From assembly GCA_964248365.1 (NCBI GenBank), contig CAXTYC010000015.1, positions 58,290-122,289 on the forward strand: a DNA stretch of 64,000 bases, written 5' to 3'. Both the position numbers and the translations under genes were made by a program. The stretch's first letter is position 1; the number at the start of each line of letters is the position of its first letter. This DNA is from an uncultured Chroococcidiopsis sp. GTDB lineage: Bacteria; Cyanobacteriota; Cyanobacteriia; Cyanobacteriales; Chroococcidiopsidaceae. The notes under the pieces are model-generated. The model was not told the origin of the DNA. It ran no database searches and was given only the letters and a program-made list of their open reading frames with translations. Below, in pieces: positions 40,650 to 51,651 of the stretch.

Positions 40650-41402
40650 TTAAGGCAACTGTTGACCGACAGAATGTTTTTGTGTCAAACGGTAAACCAG
40701 CGCTTTAGCAGCAAACTTGGGTAAAGCTAGCATTCGTCGCCAGCGCCAGGGTTCCTGATAAAGGCGGTACAGCCATTCGAGATGATTATTAGCTAACCAT
40801 GCTGGCGCTCTAGATTTTACCCCAGCCCAAACATCAAAGCTACCACCAACACCAACCCAGGTAGCCTGGGGACACAAGAAACGGTGTTGAGCAATCCATA
40901 ATTCTTGGCGTGGCACTCCTAAGCCAACTAAAATTAATTGGGGTTGAAGTTGTGCCAAAGTTTGTTTTAATTCTTCTGCTTGTGCTGGGGAAACGTAGCC
41001 GTGTTGAGTTCCTAAGATGTTTAATTTTGGTATTCGTTTTTGCCAACTAGCGGCGGCTGTTTGGGCTACTCCTGGTGCGCCACCATAAAAGAATACGTGG
41101 GCATGGGTGTCTCTCAACAGTGACTCTGCAAGTTCAATTCCCGGACAACGCTTTGTTTTTTGTCCCAGCAAAAGACGTAAGTAGAGTACTACCCCTGCGC
41201 CGTCTGGAATGACTAACTCTGCTTGCCGAATTATCCTAGCTAAGGTAGCATTATGCTCTGCTTGCATGGACATTTCGGCATTGAGCGTTACTACATGAGT
41301 TCCTATACCCTGTTTGATGCGCGATCGCAACCAGCTAGCATAGTCATCCAATAAATGAACTGGTAGCCCCAGTATGGAAAAAGGCTTAAGTGCCTCTAGC
41401 AT
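40650..41402 (-). CDS. WecB/TagA/CpsF glycosyltransferase
   Basis: VTLNAE, PDG, GLGVPRQE.W, GVGGSFD, RAP, LEWLYRL..EP.R. Confidence 0.92.
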   Translation of the reverse strand: MLEALKPFSILGLPVHLLDDYASWLRSRIKQGIGTHVVTLNAEMSMQAEHNATLARIIRQAELVIPDGAGVVLYLRLLLGQKTKRCPGIELAESLLRDTHAHVFFYGGAPGVAQTAAASWQKRIPKLNILGTQHGYVSPAQAEELKQTLAQLQPQLILVGLGVPRQELWIAQHRFLCPQATWVGVGGSFDVWAGVKSRAPAWLANNHLEWLYRLYQEPWRWRRMLALPKFAAKALVYRLTQKHSVGQQLP

Positions 41403-41601
41403 AATTTATCCCTAGCTAACCTCACCAAACACTTTAGCAAGGCTACCTTATTTAGGGGCGAGAGGCGAGAGGCTAGGGGCTAGGGAAAGAGTTGAAGGTT
41501 GTAGCTTGCGGTAGCCAAGGGGTTGGTTGAAGGATAAAGGTTGAAGATTGAAATTTCATACTTCATACTTCATACTTCATACTTCTCTAGCCCCTCGCCC
41601 T

Positions 41602-41733
41602 TCATCGACTGGGCTTTAAAGAACCATCTGCATACAACTCCATCGGTACTAGCTCGATTTTGCCTTTAACTATGACTTTGGAGTAAACAATTTTTACCAA
41701 AGGTGATTGATTGTGGTTATAGTGACGTGCCAT
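41602..41733 (-). CDS. 43-aa small protein (not in ORF track)
   Basis: AGGAGA SD then ATG: MARHYNHNQSPLVKIVYSKVIVKGKIELVPMELYADGSLKPSR*. Confidence 0.6.
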   Translation of the reverse strand: MARHYNHNQSPLVKIVYSKVIVKGKIELVPMELYADGSLKPSR

Positions 41734-42013
41734 ATTAGTCTCCTTTTTCCTGATAGATTTTCTCAGTATTAATACTATATTTTTTACAGCTACCTCAGTA
41801 ACTTTGCTGAATTAATTACTGTTTTACCAAAGTTTGTTAAAGATTTAAAAAAGCTATGGGAAAGAAAAATGTAGTGTTGATGAATAATTTATTAAATCTA
41901 TAGTTAGTAGTAATTTTTACTGTGTCTTAGGTAAGATCGTTTTAAAGTAAAATAATTAACCAAAGTAGGCATCACTCTAATTAATTTAGGGTTATCTGCC
42001 TGCCCAGTATTAA

Positions 42014-42027
42014 AGTACATTTGTTCT
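42014..42027. promoter_or_regulatory. LexA box upstream of the GH15-like gene
   Basis: AGTACATTTGTTCT is a full match to RGTACNNNDGTWCB. Confidence 0.68.
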
Positions 42028-42108
42028 TGTTATAAACAACTTCACCACGCGAACCTCCTTTGGAGGCGCTTCGCTAACGCCTCATTCCACAAGATAATTA
42101 GACAAAAG

Positions 42109-45100
42109 ATGTATAAAACTGCTGCCTCTTTGCCAGTCCGCCTCGATTATTACTACCAACAGATCAAAACAATTATTCTTGCCCGTCAAAATCCCATCAC
42201 AGGTTTACTACCCGCCAGTACTGCCATTACCGCTCACGGGGATTATACTGATGCCTGGGTACGAGACAATGTTTACAGCATTTTAGCTGTCTGGGGTTTA
42301 GCACTAGCGTACCGCAAAATCGACGGGGACAAAGGACGCACCTATGAGCTAGAACACAGCGTCGTCAAGCTAATGCGTGGCTTGTTGTTTGCCATGATGC
42401 GCCAAGCTAACAAAGTAGAGAAATTCAAACATACTCAATCCCATCTAGATGCATTACACGCCAAGTACAACACCCAAACTGGTGACATTGTAGTAGGCGA
42501 TGGCGAATGGGGACATTTGCAACTAGACGCTACCTCAATTTGGCTATTGATGCTAGCTCAAATGACTACTTCTGGGTTGCAAATTATTTATACACTGGAC
42601 GAAGTTAACTTCGTCCAAAATCTGGTCTACTACATTGGACGCACCTATCGTACTCCCGATTATGGCATTTGGGAGCGGGGTAACAAAATCAATCATGGTA
42701 ATGCCGAACTAAACGCTAGTTCTGTAGGAATAGCCAAAGCAGCACTAGAAGCCCTGAATGGACTTGATTTGTTTGGCATTCGGGGTAGTCAAGCATCAGT
42801 AATTCACGTCTTACCAGATGAAATTGCCCGCGCCCGAATTACACTCGAAAATCTTTTACCCAGAGAATCAAGCTCTAAAGAAGTTGATGCCGCCCTGTTG
42901 AGCATTATCAGTTTTCCTGCCTTCGCTGTGGAAGATGTGCGATTAATTGAGCGCACCAGAAACGATATTATCAACAAGCTACAAGGTAATTACGGTTGCA
43001 AAAGATTTTTGCGCGATGGGCATCAAACAGTTTTGGAAGATTCCCACCGCCTGCACTACGAACCTTGGGAACTAAAACAGTTTGAGCATATTGAATGCGA
43101 GTGGCCCTTATTTTTCACCTACCTACTTTTAGATAGCATTTTTCGCTCAGATAAAGAGCAAACCCAATACTACCAAGAGCGGTTAGAATCTTTACTTATT
43201 GAACGTGATGGCTTACAATTATTGCCAGAATTGTATTATGTTCCCGCCGAAAACATACAGGCAGAAAAGTCAAATCCTCATAGCCAAAAGCGTCTACCCA
43301 ACGAGAATGTTCCTCTAGTTTGGGCGCAGAGTTTATATTTTTTGGGACAGATGCTTAGTGAAGGGTTGTTGTCAGTTGGAGATATCGATCCTCTAGGGCG
43401 GCATTTAGGCATTGGTAGACACAGAGAAGCACTAGTACAAATCGCCCTGCTAGCAGAAGATGAGGATTTACAAACAAAACTGGGAATTTACGGCATTGAG
43501 ACGCAAACACGACCACAAGTAGAACCAATTCAAGTGCGTCACGCTGGGGAATTGTCAGTTGCTTTTACCCAAATTGGACGCAACGATAAACTAGGACTAA
43601 CTGGTCGTCCAGTGCGGCGGTTGCGGAGTTTGACGACAGCGAGAATTTTTCACATTTGCAACGAAACAATTGTTTTTCTGCCATCGTTTTTAGACCCACA
43701 ACAGTTTTACCTAACGCTTGACTACCATTTTTTGGTAGCTCAGCTTAAAAGTGAATTGGCTTACATCAAAAACCACTGGAGTGAATTGGGTCGTCCAACA
43801 GTGACGCTAATGTTAACTCATACCATGCTGGAAACGGGTAGTGATGCCTTACTCGAATTGATGCAAGAATTCAAAAGTGGTATTTGTAACGATGTCCACG
43901 TCAAACTAGGGCGCTTGCAACAACTAATGTTGACAGCTAAAACCCAGAGAATTGATTTTCTGCATAATTTTGAATTTTCTCAATCGTCGGTGAAAAATAC
44001 CGCACCAAAGCGAAACTACCTAGCTTTTCACCCAGATAAAAACTGGGCTTTAGGTTCTACACAGGAATGGAAGCTAGAGTATGAAACTAACTTGGGGCTG
44101 TTGCTGGCTGATTTGCGCGAGTCGGAGAATCTGTATGAGCAGATTGAGTTGTTGCAAACGTTGCATCGCTTGCAGGGGCTAGATTTTGACACTGGTTTTG
44201 GTGCTGGACTTGATGTGAGTGTAGGGGATTTACTCGATGAAGTCTACACCAAAGCAGGTAAACTTGGTCTTTGGGCGGTGGTACGTCGGGCGGCGGGATT
44301 GCGACAAATGGTTGATGTCGGTTTGTCGGACGAAGTAACAGCAATTTTAGCACGACAAAAACAAATTGCCGTAGGTAAGTCATACAGTGAAGCATCTTTG
44401 ATTACCCGCCCCAAGTCTAACTCTGAACTGATGGAAATAATTGCCCAGTTCTGTGGAGAGGATATGCGCGATCGCGTCTTAACTCAAGAAATTCTCATTT
44501 ATCTTGGTATCCTAATTAGAGCAGAACCTCATTTATTTAAAGGACTACTAACACTCAGAGTCGGCTATCTTATCCTGTTAATGACGAGCGAACTGGGACG
44601 AGAATTGAGTGTAACTCAAGATGAGGCTTATGAACACTTGATGCAGCTTTCGCCGTTTGAAGTGAAAACACGGCTACGCCAGGTATTAATTGGCTATGAA
44701 GGAATGAATCAAGTGTTGCGCCAACGTGAGTCATTGCACGTTAAACAACAAGAAAGTGAAATTGAATGGGTAGTGCTACCATACGCACAAGATGAAACCT
44801 TCTTACCCGCAGGGGGATGGCAACAGCAACGCCATTGGGATGGATCAATGAATCGAGTCCCACCAGACTTTTTCAAATGTGTGTGGCGATTGCTGAAACA
44901 CTGCAAGGGCGTAGTAATTGGCGATAAACTAGAACGCCGCAACCGCTTGGATAGTGAAGTAATTTTAGCAGAAATGACACCAGGAGAGAAAAATTTTGCC
45001 CTGCGGGTCGAACACTTATTGAACAAAATTGAAGCACCTGAATATCGACAAGTCAACGTAGAGACATTAATGGAATTAGCCGCAATTGGCGATCGCAACC

Positions 45101-45318
45101 CCAACCTACAAATAGAAGAATATATAGTACTAGATGTACTCATCGGTCATGCTGTACGACTTGCATGGCTAGAACGCTTCCCCGAAAAAGCAGACCTCTA
45201 TGACCAATCCAAAGCCGCTGCTTGGCGCTCATTTTACAACACCTCTCCCACAGAATGCGCCCTTTATATTGTCAAAGCCTTCCGCTTCTTGACATTTGGG
45301 CAAACAGCTAGGGGCTAG
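42109..45318 (+). CDS. GH15-like / phosphorylase kinase alpha-beta subunit homolog
   Basis: QNPITGLLPAS, AWVRDN, WGHLQLDA, DYGIWERG, YGCKRFLRDG, ECEWPLF, EMTPGEKNFA. Confidence 0.88.
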   Translation: MYKTAASLPVRLDYYYQQIKTIILARQNPITGLLPASTAITAHGDYTDAWVRDNVYSILAVWGLALAYRKIDGDKGRTYELEHSVVKLMRGLLFAMMRQANKVEKFKHTQSHLDALHAKYNTQTGDIVVGDGEWGHLQLDATSIWLLMLAQMTTSGLQIIYTLDEVNFVQNLVYYIGRTYRTPDYGIWERGNKINHGNAELNASSVGIAKAALEALNGLDLFGIRGSQASVIHVLPDEIARARITLENLLPRESSSKEVDAALLSIISFPAFAVEDVRLIERTRNDIINKLQGNYGCKRFLRDGHQTVLEDSHRLHYEPWELKQFEHIECEWPLFFTYLLLDSIFRSDKEQTQYYQERLESLLIERDGLQLLPELYYVPAENIQAEKSNPHSQKRLPNENVPLVWAQSLYFLGQMLSEGLLSVGDIDPLGRHLGIGRHREALVQIALLAEDEDLQTKLGIYGIETQTRPQVEPIQVRHAGELSVAFTQIGRNDKLGLTGRPVRRLRSLTTARIFHICNETIVFLPSFLDPQQFYLTLDYHFLVAQLKSELAYIKNHWSELGRPTVTLMLTHTMLETGSDALLELMQEFKSGICNDVHVKLGRLQQLMLTAKTQRIDFLHNFEFSQSSVKNTAPKRNYLAFHPDKNWALGSTQEWKLEYETNLGLLLADLRESENLYEQIELLQTLHRLQGLDFDTGFGAGLDVSVGDLLDEVYTKAGKLGLWAVVRRAAGLRQMVDVGLSDEVTAILARQKQIAVGKSYSEASLITRPKSNSELMEIIAQFCGEDMRDRVLTQEILIYLGILIRAEPHLFKGLLTLRVGYLILLMTSELGRELSVTQDEAYEHLMQLSPFEVKTRLRQVLIGYEGMNQVLRQRESLHVKQQESEIEWVVLPYAQDETFLPAGGWQQQRHWDGSMNRVPPDFFKCVWRLLKHCKGVVIGDKLERRNRLDSEVILAEMTPGEKNFALRVEHLLNKIEAPEYRQVNVETLMELAAIGDRNPNLQIEEYIVLDVLIGHAVRLAWLERFPEKADLYDQSKAAAWRSFYNTSPTECALYIVKAFRFLTFGQTARG

Positions 45319-45574
45319 GGGCTAGGGGCTGGGGGCTGGGGAATAGTTAAAGGGGAAAGGTTAAAGGATGTACGCGTTCACGAAGTGTAGCGTAGCGTAA
45401 GCGCGTTCCCCAAGGGTAGGATGAAGGCTGAAAGCTGAAGGCTAAAAGATAATTCCTCTTTCGATCTTCGATCTTCGTAGGTTTGGTAAGTTCACACTTG
45501 CTGACTTCATACTTTCCTTACCAACTACCAACTACCAATCCAATCCAAAATCCAAAATCCAAAATCTAAAATTC

Positions 45575-48031
45575 CTACATTATAGATTCGGGAAATTGCC
45601 GCTTGAGGGCAGAAAAAACAGGACAGGGAACCCTAGTATCCAAATTTTCTGGTTTACTCCAGGTAAAAGGAGCTTTTTGTGCCGCAGATATCCATAGCAA
45701 ACGCTTAGCGCGGGTCATAGCGACATAGAGTAATCGAAACTCTTCCGCAGTTTTTAGCTGTTTTGCCTGTTCCCAGGCTGTTGTCACGTCGGGTAAAGGT
45801 TGCTCGTGCAAAGCAGCGCGAATTTGAGCGCGGGCAACTTCGGATAAAGTAAAATCACCCAGAAACTGAGCTTGGGGTAATACCCGCAGATTGCCAGGAA
45901 TGACGTTTTCGTGCAAAAATGGGATAAAAACACAATCCCAATCTAGCCCCTTGGATTTGTGCATGGTAATGATCGTCAGTTGCCCAGCCTTGGTGTAACG
46001 CTCCTCTAAATTGTCAGTTTCCACAGGCTCAAACCTTTCTGAGCTAATGATTTCACTTAGTACTGACAAAATTGCCGTCATCGAACTATTGCCAGCTATT
46101 TGCCTACTTACTCGTTCTGCTAGTTTATCAGCGGTGGCAAGTTCTGCCTGGTCATAATTTAAAGTCAAGGCGAGGAAGGAAATTAGCTGATAATGCGGTA
46201 ACTCTAACCGAGCGCGCAGTAGACTGCGACATAGGTAGCTTGCTTTGTGGATTGGCTCTGGCTGGGGTGGGTCTAAAGGACCTGGGTAGAGGAATTGTTC
46301 TGGTATAGTGGCAAGGGCATTTAGGTCTTGGGGTTCAATTAGCTGACGCTTCACTAAGACTGCTAGGGCAGCTTTCAAGTAATCAGGGGAATGGGGGCGG
46401 TCAAGGAATTGCAGGAGAGCGAGAATTTCGGCAGGAACGTGGGAGTGGCGATCGCTTTGGGATACTTCATAAATCGTAATCTTATGTTCGCGGCAAATCG
46501 GTGTAAGTGCTTCTGCTAGCCATCTACCTTGCTTATTCTCCCGCACTAAAATTGCCGCACGGGTATTGCTGGGATCTTCAGCAAATAACGAAATTACTCG
46601 CTTTGCTATTAACTGGGCAGTATGATGAATATCACGGGGAGTATATAGTTCGAGTCCCAAACCAATTGGATTAGGGTTAGCATCCGGTTGGGGGTCATCT
46701 GCTGCAACTGGATGAATTTTTTGAGGACGAAAGGGAAGTTCAGAATAATGAATGTTGAATGATGTAGGGCTTTGCCCTTCCCGAAGGGTATATTGAATTT
46801 GATCTTCTAACCTCTTGCCTCTTACTTCCTGCCTCTCGCCTTTCGCCTCTTGCCTCTTGCCTCCATAAGACCGATTCACCCATTCCAAGGTAAAGTTAGC
46901 GGCTTCTATAATCTTTCTAGTGCTACGACCAGCCTGATCCATTGTTGCCAAAAGTTTTTGACTGTTGCACTCTTCGCAGAAGCGGCGAAAATAAATTGGG
47001 TCGGCGGGGGTAAAGGTGGAGTTGATTGCTTGATTGGGATCGCCTACACGGATCAGATTAGGAGGCGCTTGCGGATTGTCTGGATCGCTGGCAAGAATTT
47101 CTAATAATTTAGTTTGGAGTGGGGAAGAGTCTTGAGCTTCATCTTCAAATACGGCAAAGACTTGTTTTTGTTCGTAGGCACGGGCGCTGGGGTTTTCCAG
47201 CACACGCAAGGCAGCTAAAATCATGTCGTCGTAGTCGATCAAGTCATGCGATCGCATCAGATTTTGATATTGCTCATACAAACCAGCGGCGATCGCTAAT
47301 ATTCCATATTCATCTGTGCTTTGATCACTTAATTTCTGTAAATCTTGCGGCAGATAGCCAGAACTTTTTGCCTCATGGATTACGAGCGTTGCTAAGGCTG
47401 GCAATACTTCTGTTCGCAACACTGACTGGCGGCGTAACCGCTCTGTTTCTTCCCCGTCAAATTGCCGTCCTTCCAGTAACCTTGAATATAGCTTGGGATG
47501 AGTAGCGATCCATTGCTCTACACAAGTACGGACGAGGCGGTGACTCTGATTTGGCGTGATTAATGTGGCATTATCGAGCGGCAACCCCGATAAATCTGGA
47601 TAACGAACCGCAATGTTCAGCGCTAGACCGTGAAGGGTATTGACAACAAAGCCTCTTAATGGTAAAGATAATTCTTTATATAAATAGTTGCGAATTTTAG
47701 CTTTGATATTGGCAGCAGCTGAGCGAGTGAAAGTAACGACAACGATCGCGCGTCTGGCATGGAGTTGATGGCGAGCGATCGCTAGTGCCGTTGCTGCTGC
47801 CATCCCTGTAGATTTTCCAGCCCCAGGCACAGCACTAACAGCCAATGCCCCCCCCTGCCAGTCTGCCATCTGCTGCTGCCCAGATCTTAGAGTAGTGCGA
47901 ATTTGCTCCCAAGCTGATAAAGCTGGGGGAGCAGGGGGAGCGAGGGAAGAGGAGAAATTAAATATTCTGCCTTCTGAATTCTGACGTGGGTATTCTGACG
48001 TGGGTATTCTGTCTCCTATCTTTTCACTCAT
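45575..48031 (-). CDS. UvrD/REP-family helicase
   Basis: AVPGAGKS, VTFTRSAA, DEAQD, VGDPNQAI, TMHKSKGL, RLLYVAMTRA. Confidence 0.9.
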   Translation of the reverse strand: MSEKIGDRIPTSEYPRQNSEGRIFNFSSSLAPPAPPALSAWEQIRTTLRSGQQQMADWQGGALAVSAVPGAGKSTGMAAATALAIARHQLHARRAIVVVTFTRSAAANIKAKIRNYLYKELSLPLRGFVVNTLHGLALNIAVRYPDLSGLPLDNATLITPNQSHRLVRTCVEQWIATHPKLYSRLLEGRQFDGEETERLRRQSVLRTEVLPALATLVIHEAKSSGYLPQDLQKLSDQSTDEYGILAIAAGLYEQYQNLMRSHDLIDYDDMILAALRVLENPSARAYEQKQVFAVFEDEAQDSSPLQTKLLEILASDPDNPQAPPNLIRVGDPNQAINSTFTPADPIYFRRFCEECNSQKLLATMDQAGRSTRKIIEAANFTLEWVNRSYGGKRQEAKGERQEVRGKRLEDQIQYTLREGQSPTSFNIHYSELPFRPQKIHPVAADDPQPDANPNPIGLGLELYTPRDIHHTAQLIAKRVISLFAEDPSNTRAAILVRENKQGRWLAEALTPICREHKITIYEVSQSDRHSHVPAEILALLQFLDRPHSPDYLKAALAVLVKRQLIEPQDLNALATIPEQFLYPGPLDPPQPEPIHKASYLCRSLLRARLELPHYQLISFLALTLNYDQAELATADKLAERVSRQIAGNSSMTAILSVLSEIISSERFEPVETDNLEERYTKAGQLTIITMHKSKGLDWDCVFIPFLHENVIPGNLRVLPQAQFLGDFTLSEVARAQIRAALHEQPLPDVTTAWEQAKQLKTAEEFRLLYVAMTRAKRLLWISAAQKAPFTWSKPENLDTRVPCPVFSALKRQFPESIM

Positions 48032-49112
48032 CTATTTGCCAAGAATCTTTTGTTACTTCTTCATCCAGAATTCGTTTTGGACGTAAAACAACAATAATTC
48101 TGCCCAGCAGCTTGACATCAGGTTGAGACTCAAACCACTGAAATTCTACTTGCCCAGAAGAGTCAACCACGAAGTAGCTGTTAGCATCCCATTCGCGCTG
48201 CGATCTGTCTACAACCACCAATACAGATTCGGGTTTGTTATTGAGTTGGTTAGGTAGGCGATCGCTAGAACTCAAAATCACTACTGGATCTTCAGCACTC
48301 AAGATCGTTTGCCATCCTGGTATGGGAACCCAAGCTTGCTCACCCGCAAACTTCACCAGGCGAAACGGTTCAACTTGCTCGATTATGGGAACCGCCTGCA
48401 TATCATCTGGTGTCAGCGGCATTTCCCCCACCACTGGTACAATTCGGGGTAACTCCTCCTCAGATTCCAGCCGATAGAAGGGTAATTGGGGAGCCGGACG
48501 TTTAGGAACAACAGTAAAATCAGTCAGCAGTTGTTCAATTTGTTTCCTTGCCGTATCAGTGTGAGCAAATTTCAATCCTTTGGCAATCAAACGAGAACGT
48601 TCTTGCAAGTCTGTTTTTTGTCGAGCAAGTCTCCAACACTGATAAGCAACTGCATCGCCTGCATGATCGGAAAATCCTTCAGGCAAGGTGCGAAAGCGAG
48701 AAAATTCTTTGATGTCTTTAGCTACTTCCTTGGCGGAATCTGCATCGAGCCGATGTAACGTAACTAACTCGGCAGCAGCAGCCCGTTCCGTATTAGTGAG
48801 CGATCGCAATTCATATAAAATATCGCTGCCTTTTTGGGCAAAGTGCGATCGCACCGACTCGGATGCCCCAGCCTTTTCTATAGAAGCGTAAACTTGCGCG
48901 CCTACAGTTACCTGATTCTGTTGAATAGGCTCAAATCCTGTAGCTTCAAAAATCGTCTGAGGATCGTAACCAGCTTTTTGTAAGGAGGCGATCGCATTGC
49001 CCCATTCTACCCAGTTACCTTGCTTTTGCCGCAGCGATCGCAGCATAGCATCAATTGTCTCTTGTGTTGGGGTATCGCCAGAATTAAGGGGGTTGATTGG
49101 TACTTCAGTCAT
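48024..49112 (-). CDS. raf1: RuBisCO accumulation factor 1
   Basis: LRQKQGNWVEWG, IFEATGFEPIQQNQ, WVPIPGW, VLRPKRILDE..W. Confidence 0.92.
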   Translation of the reverse strand: MTEVPINPLNSGDTPTQETIDAMLRSLRQKQGNWVEWGNAIASLQKAGYDPQTIFEATGFEPIQQNQVTVGAQVYASIEKAGASESVRSHFAQKGSDILYELRSLTNTERAAAAELVTLHRLDADSAKEVAKDIKEFSRFRTLPEGFSDHAGDAVAYQCWRLARQKTDLQERSRLIAKGLKFAHTDTARKQIEQLLTDFTVVPKRPAPQLPFYRLESEEELPRIVPVVGEMPLTPDDMQAVPIIEQVEPFRLVKFAGEQAWVPIPGWQTILSAEDPVVILSSSDRLPNQLNNKPESVLVVVDRSQREWDANSYFVVDSSGQVEFQWFESQPDVKLLGRIIVVLRPKRILDEEVTKDSWQIDE

Positions 49113-49618
49113 AACTAGGGGCTAGGGGCTAGGGGCTAGAGGCTAGAGGAAGAGGCGGTGAATTGTTAATTCAAACTTCATCCTACCCTTCACAGAAGGC
49201 GAAGCCTACATCCTTTATCCTTCACTAATTTATCGTGAGTCAAAGTTTTGAGTGATAGATAATTAGTTTTATCCTGATTTAGATGATAGTGATCGTTAGT
49301 AATTTGTGAAGCGCAAAATTTCCCCTTGTCCTCTCTCTACTGTCTCTTGTGTTGGGGTATCGCCAGAATTAAAGGAGTTGATTGGTACTTCAGTCATAAC
49401 TAGGGGCTAGGGGCTAGAGGCTAGAGGAAGAGGCGGTGAATTGTTAATTCAAACTTCATCCTACCCTTCACAGAAGGCGAAGCCTACATCCTTTATCCTT
49501 CACTAATTTATCGTGAGTCAAAGTTTTGAGTGATAGATAATTAGTTTTATCCTGATTTAGATGATAGTGATCGTTAGTAATTTGTGAAGCGCAAAATTTC
49601 CCCTTGTCCTCTCTCTAC
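49056..49618. repeat. Tandem duplication (285 + 278 bp) of the raf1 5' end and raf1/menG intergenic region
   Basis: 49056-49340 versus 49341-49618: identical apart from 2 substitutions and one GGGGCTA unit. Confidence 0.93.
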
Positions 49619-49653
49619 CCTAGCCCCTAGCCCCTAGCCCCTAGTCCCTGATT

Positions 49654-50343
49654 ATGTCCGAAGTCCAGAAAATTTTTAACCGCATTGCTCCAGTGTATGA
49701 CCAGCTTAATGATTGGCTGAGTTTGGGTCAACATAGAGTTTGGAAGCAAATGGCAGTCCGATGGAGTCAAGCAAAACCTGGAGACATTTGTATAGATTTG
49801 TGTTGTGGTAGCGGCGACTTGGCATTGCGGCTAGCTCGTCAGGTAGGAAGTGAGGGTCATGTATACGGAGTAGATTTTTCCCCTGCACTACTGGCGATCG
49901 CACTAGAACGTAGTCAATACCAGTACCCCCAACCACCGATTTCTTGGATAGAAGCCGATGTCCTAAATTTGCCCTTTGCTGACAATTATTTTGATGCCGC
50001 TACTATGGGCTACGGTTTACGCAATGTAACTGATATTCCCCGCAGTCTCAAGGAATTACACCGCGTTCTCAAAAGCCCTTCTAAAGCCGCCATTTTAGAT
50101 TTTCATCGCCCTAGTAATTCACAAATGAGAGCCTTTCAGCAATGGTATCTAGATAATATCGTCGTACCAATTGCGAACCATCTAGGTTTGACCGAGGAAT
50201 ACGCCTACATCAGTCCGAGCTTAGATCGATTTCCCACAGGAGCTGAGCAAGTCGAGTTAGCCCGTGAAGCAGGCTTTGCCAGAGCTACACACTACGCGAT
50301 CGCCAACGGTATGATGGGAATATTGGTGGTAACGAAGTTGTAG
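49654..50343 (+). CDS. menG: MenG/UbiE-family demethylphylloquinol methyltransferase
   Basis: F..IAPVYD.LN..LSLG.H..WK, DLCCGSGD, YGLRNV. Confidence 0.88.
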   Translation: MSEVQKIFNRIAPVYDQLNDWLSLGQHRVWKQMAVRWSQAKPGDICIDLCCGSGDLALRLARQVGSEGHVYGVDFSPALLAIALERSQYQYPQPPISWIEADVLNLPFADNYFDAATMGYGLRNVTDIPRSLKELHRVLKSPSKAAILDFHRPSNSQMRAFQQWYLDNIVVPIANHLGLTEEYAYISPSLDRFPTGAEQVELAREAGFARATHYAIANGMMGILVVTKL

Positions 50344-50421
50344 GTAATGGATTGTTATTGTTGAGTATTAACCTTCAACCAATTCCCAATCCAAAATCTA
50401 AAATCCAAAATCTAAAATCCT

Positions 50422-51651
50422 GTGGATGCGTCTCATCTGTGGCTTTATCTAAGTCCCCCCCTCGTAGGTGCGGTTATTGGCTATTTCACTAACGATATAG
50501 CCATAAAAATGTTATTTCGCCCCTATCGGGCGATTTATTTTGCTGGACGACAGCTACCCTTCACTCCTGGTGTAATTCCTCGTAACCAAGAGCGTCTGGC
50601 TAGACGTGTCTCTGATACAATTATGGGTTCTCTACTAACCCCTGGGGAATTACAGAATCTGGCACGGCGGCTGTTGCAACCAGAGCGTGTTCAGGGGGGA
50701 ATTCTCTGGCTACTGCAACTTGCTCTCGATCAAGTACGAATAGATCAAGACCAGAAAACTGCCAAAATTCTTGCCGGAATTCTCCGAGATTTGCTAGGAG
50801 AGTCTTTACCACGTCTTTTGAAAGTTCTATCTCGACGTGAAGATTTTTTGGCAGATCAGATCAATCAAATTTTTGACCAGATATTGCTCGATTTCCAGCT
50901 TAGTGAGGAGCAAGCTACTAAACTTGCTGATTGGCTGCTGCAAGTAGTGCTACCACCAGATGTAATTCGGCAGCTAATCGTTGACTTTCTGACCGATCGC
51001 ACGATTCAAATCATCGATGAAGGTTTTCGGGAAAGAGCAAGTGGTACTTACTGGGTGGTTGCTAATCTATTTGGTTTACGCAATACTCTAACTCGACTGC
51101 GGACTTTTTGTTTAGATGAAAAAGAAGAAGCTAATACTCGCATCACCGAACTGATCCGATCTTTGCAAGTGCGCGATCGCTTGAAAAGATGGCTGCAAAC
51201 TCTCTCGTTACAAAATTTACCTGTATCGACCGTGCGACAATTACGCAAGACAATCCGCGATACTATTCGGGGTTATCTACAAACACGCGGTCCAGAATTC
51301 CTGCAAGGATTTAGCGACTCAATCAATTGGGAAAATACTGCCAGTTTGCTGCTCAATCGTCTGCGTTCTTCAGCTGCTGTCAATGCTTCCTTAACAGTTG
51401 TTAGTAAAGAACTAGCGTTGATTTTAGAGCGCTATCTAGAGCGAGACTTGGAAGCAATTGTAGCTGAAGTAATCCCTATTCTGGCGATCGACCAGGTGAT
51501 TATTGACCGCGTTAAATCAACCTCAGCTGCTGATTTAGAAGGGGCGATAGAGGGAATTGTGAAAAATGAATTACAGGCGATCGTTAATTTAGGTGGTCTT
51601 TTAGGTTTTATCGTGGGACTGACGCAAACATTGCTGCTACTGCTGCGGTGA
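50422..51651 (+). CDS. DUF445-family membrane protein
   Basis: [20 protein letters not shown]...TPG.IP; C-terminal [14 protein letters not shown]. Confidence 0.88.
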   Translation: MDASHLWLYLSPPLVGAVIGYFTNDIAIKMLFRPYRAIYFAGRQLPFTPGVIPRNQERLARRVSDTIMGSLLTPGELQNLARRLLQPERVQGGILWLLQLALDQVRIDQDQKTAKILAGILRDLLGESLPRLLKVLSRREDFLADQINQIFDQILLDFQLSEEQATKLADWLLQVVLPPDVIRQLIVDFLTDRTIQIIDEGFRERASGTYWVVANLFGLRNTLTRLRTFCLDEKEEANTRITELIRSLQVRDRLKRWLQTLSLQNLPVSTVRQLRKTIRDTIRGYLQTRGPEFLQGFSDSINWENTASLLLNRLRSSAAVNASLTVVSKELALILERYLERDLEAIVAEVIPILAIDQVIIDRVKSTSAADLEGAIEGIVKNELQAIVNLGGLLGFIVGLTQTLLLLLR

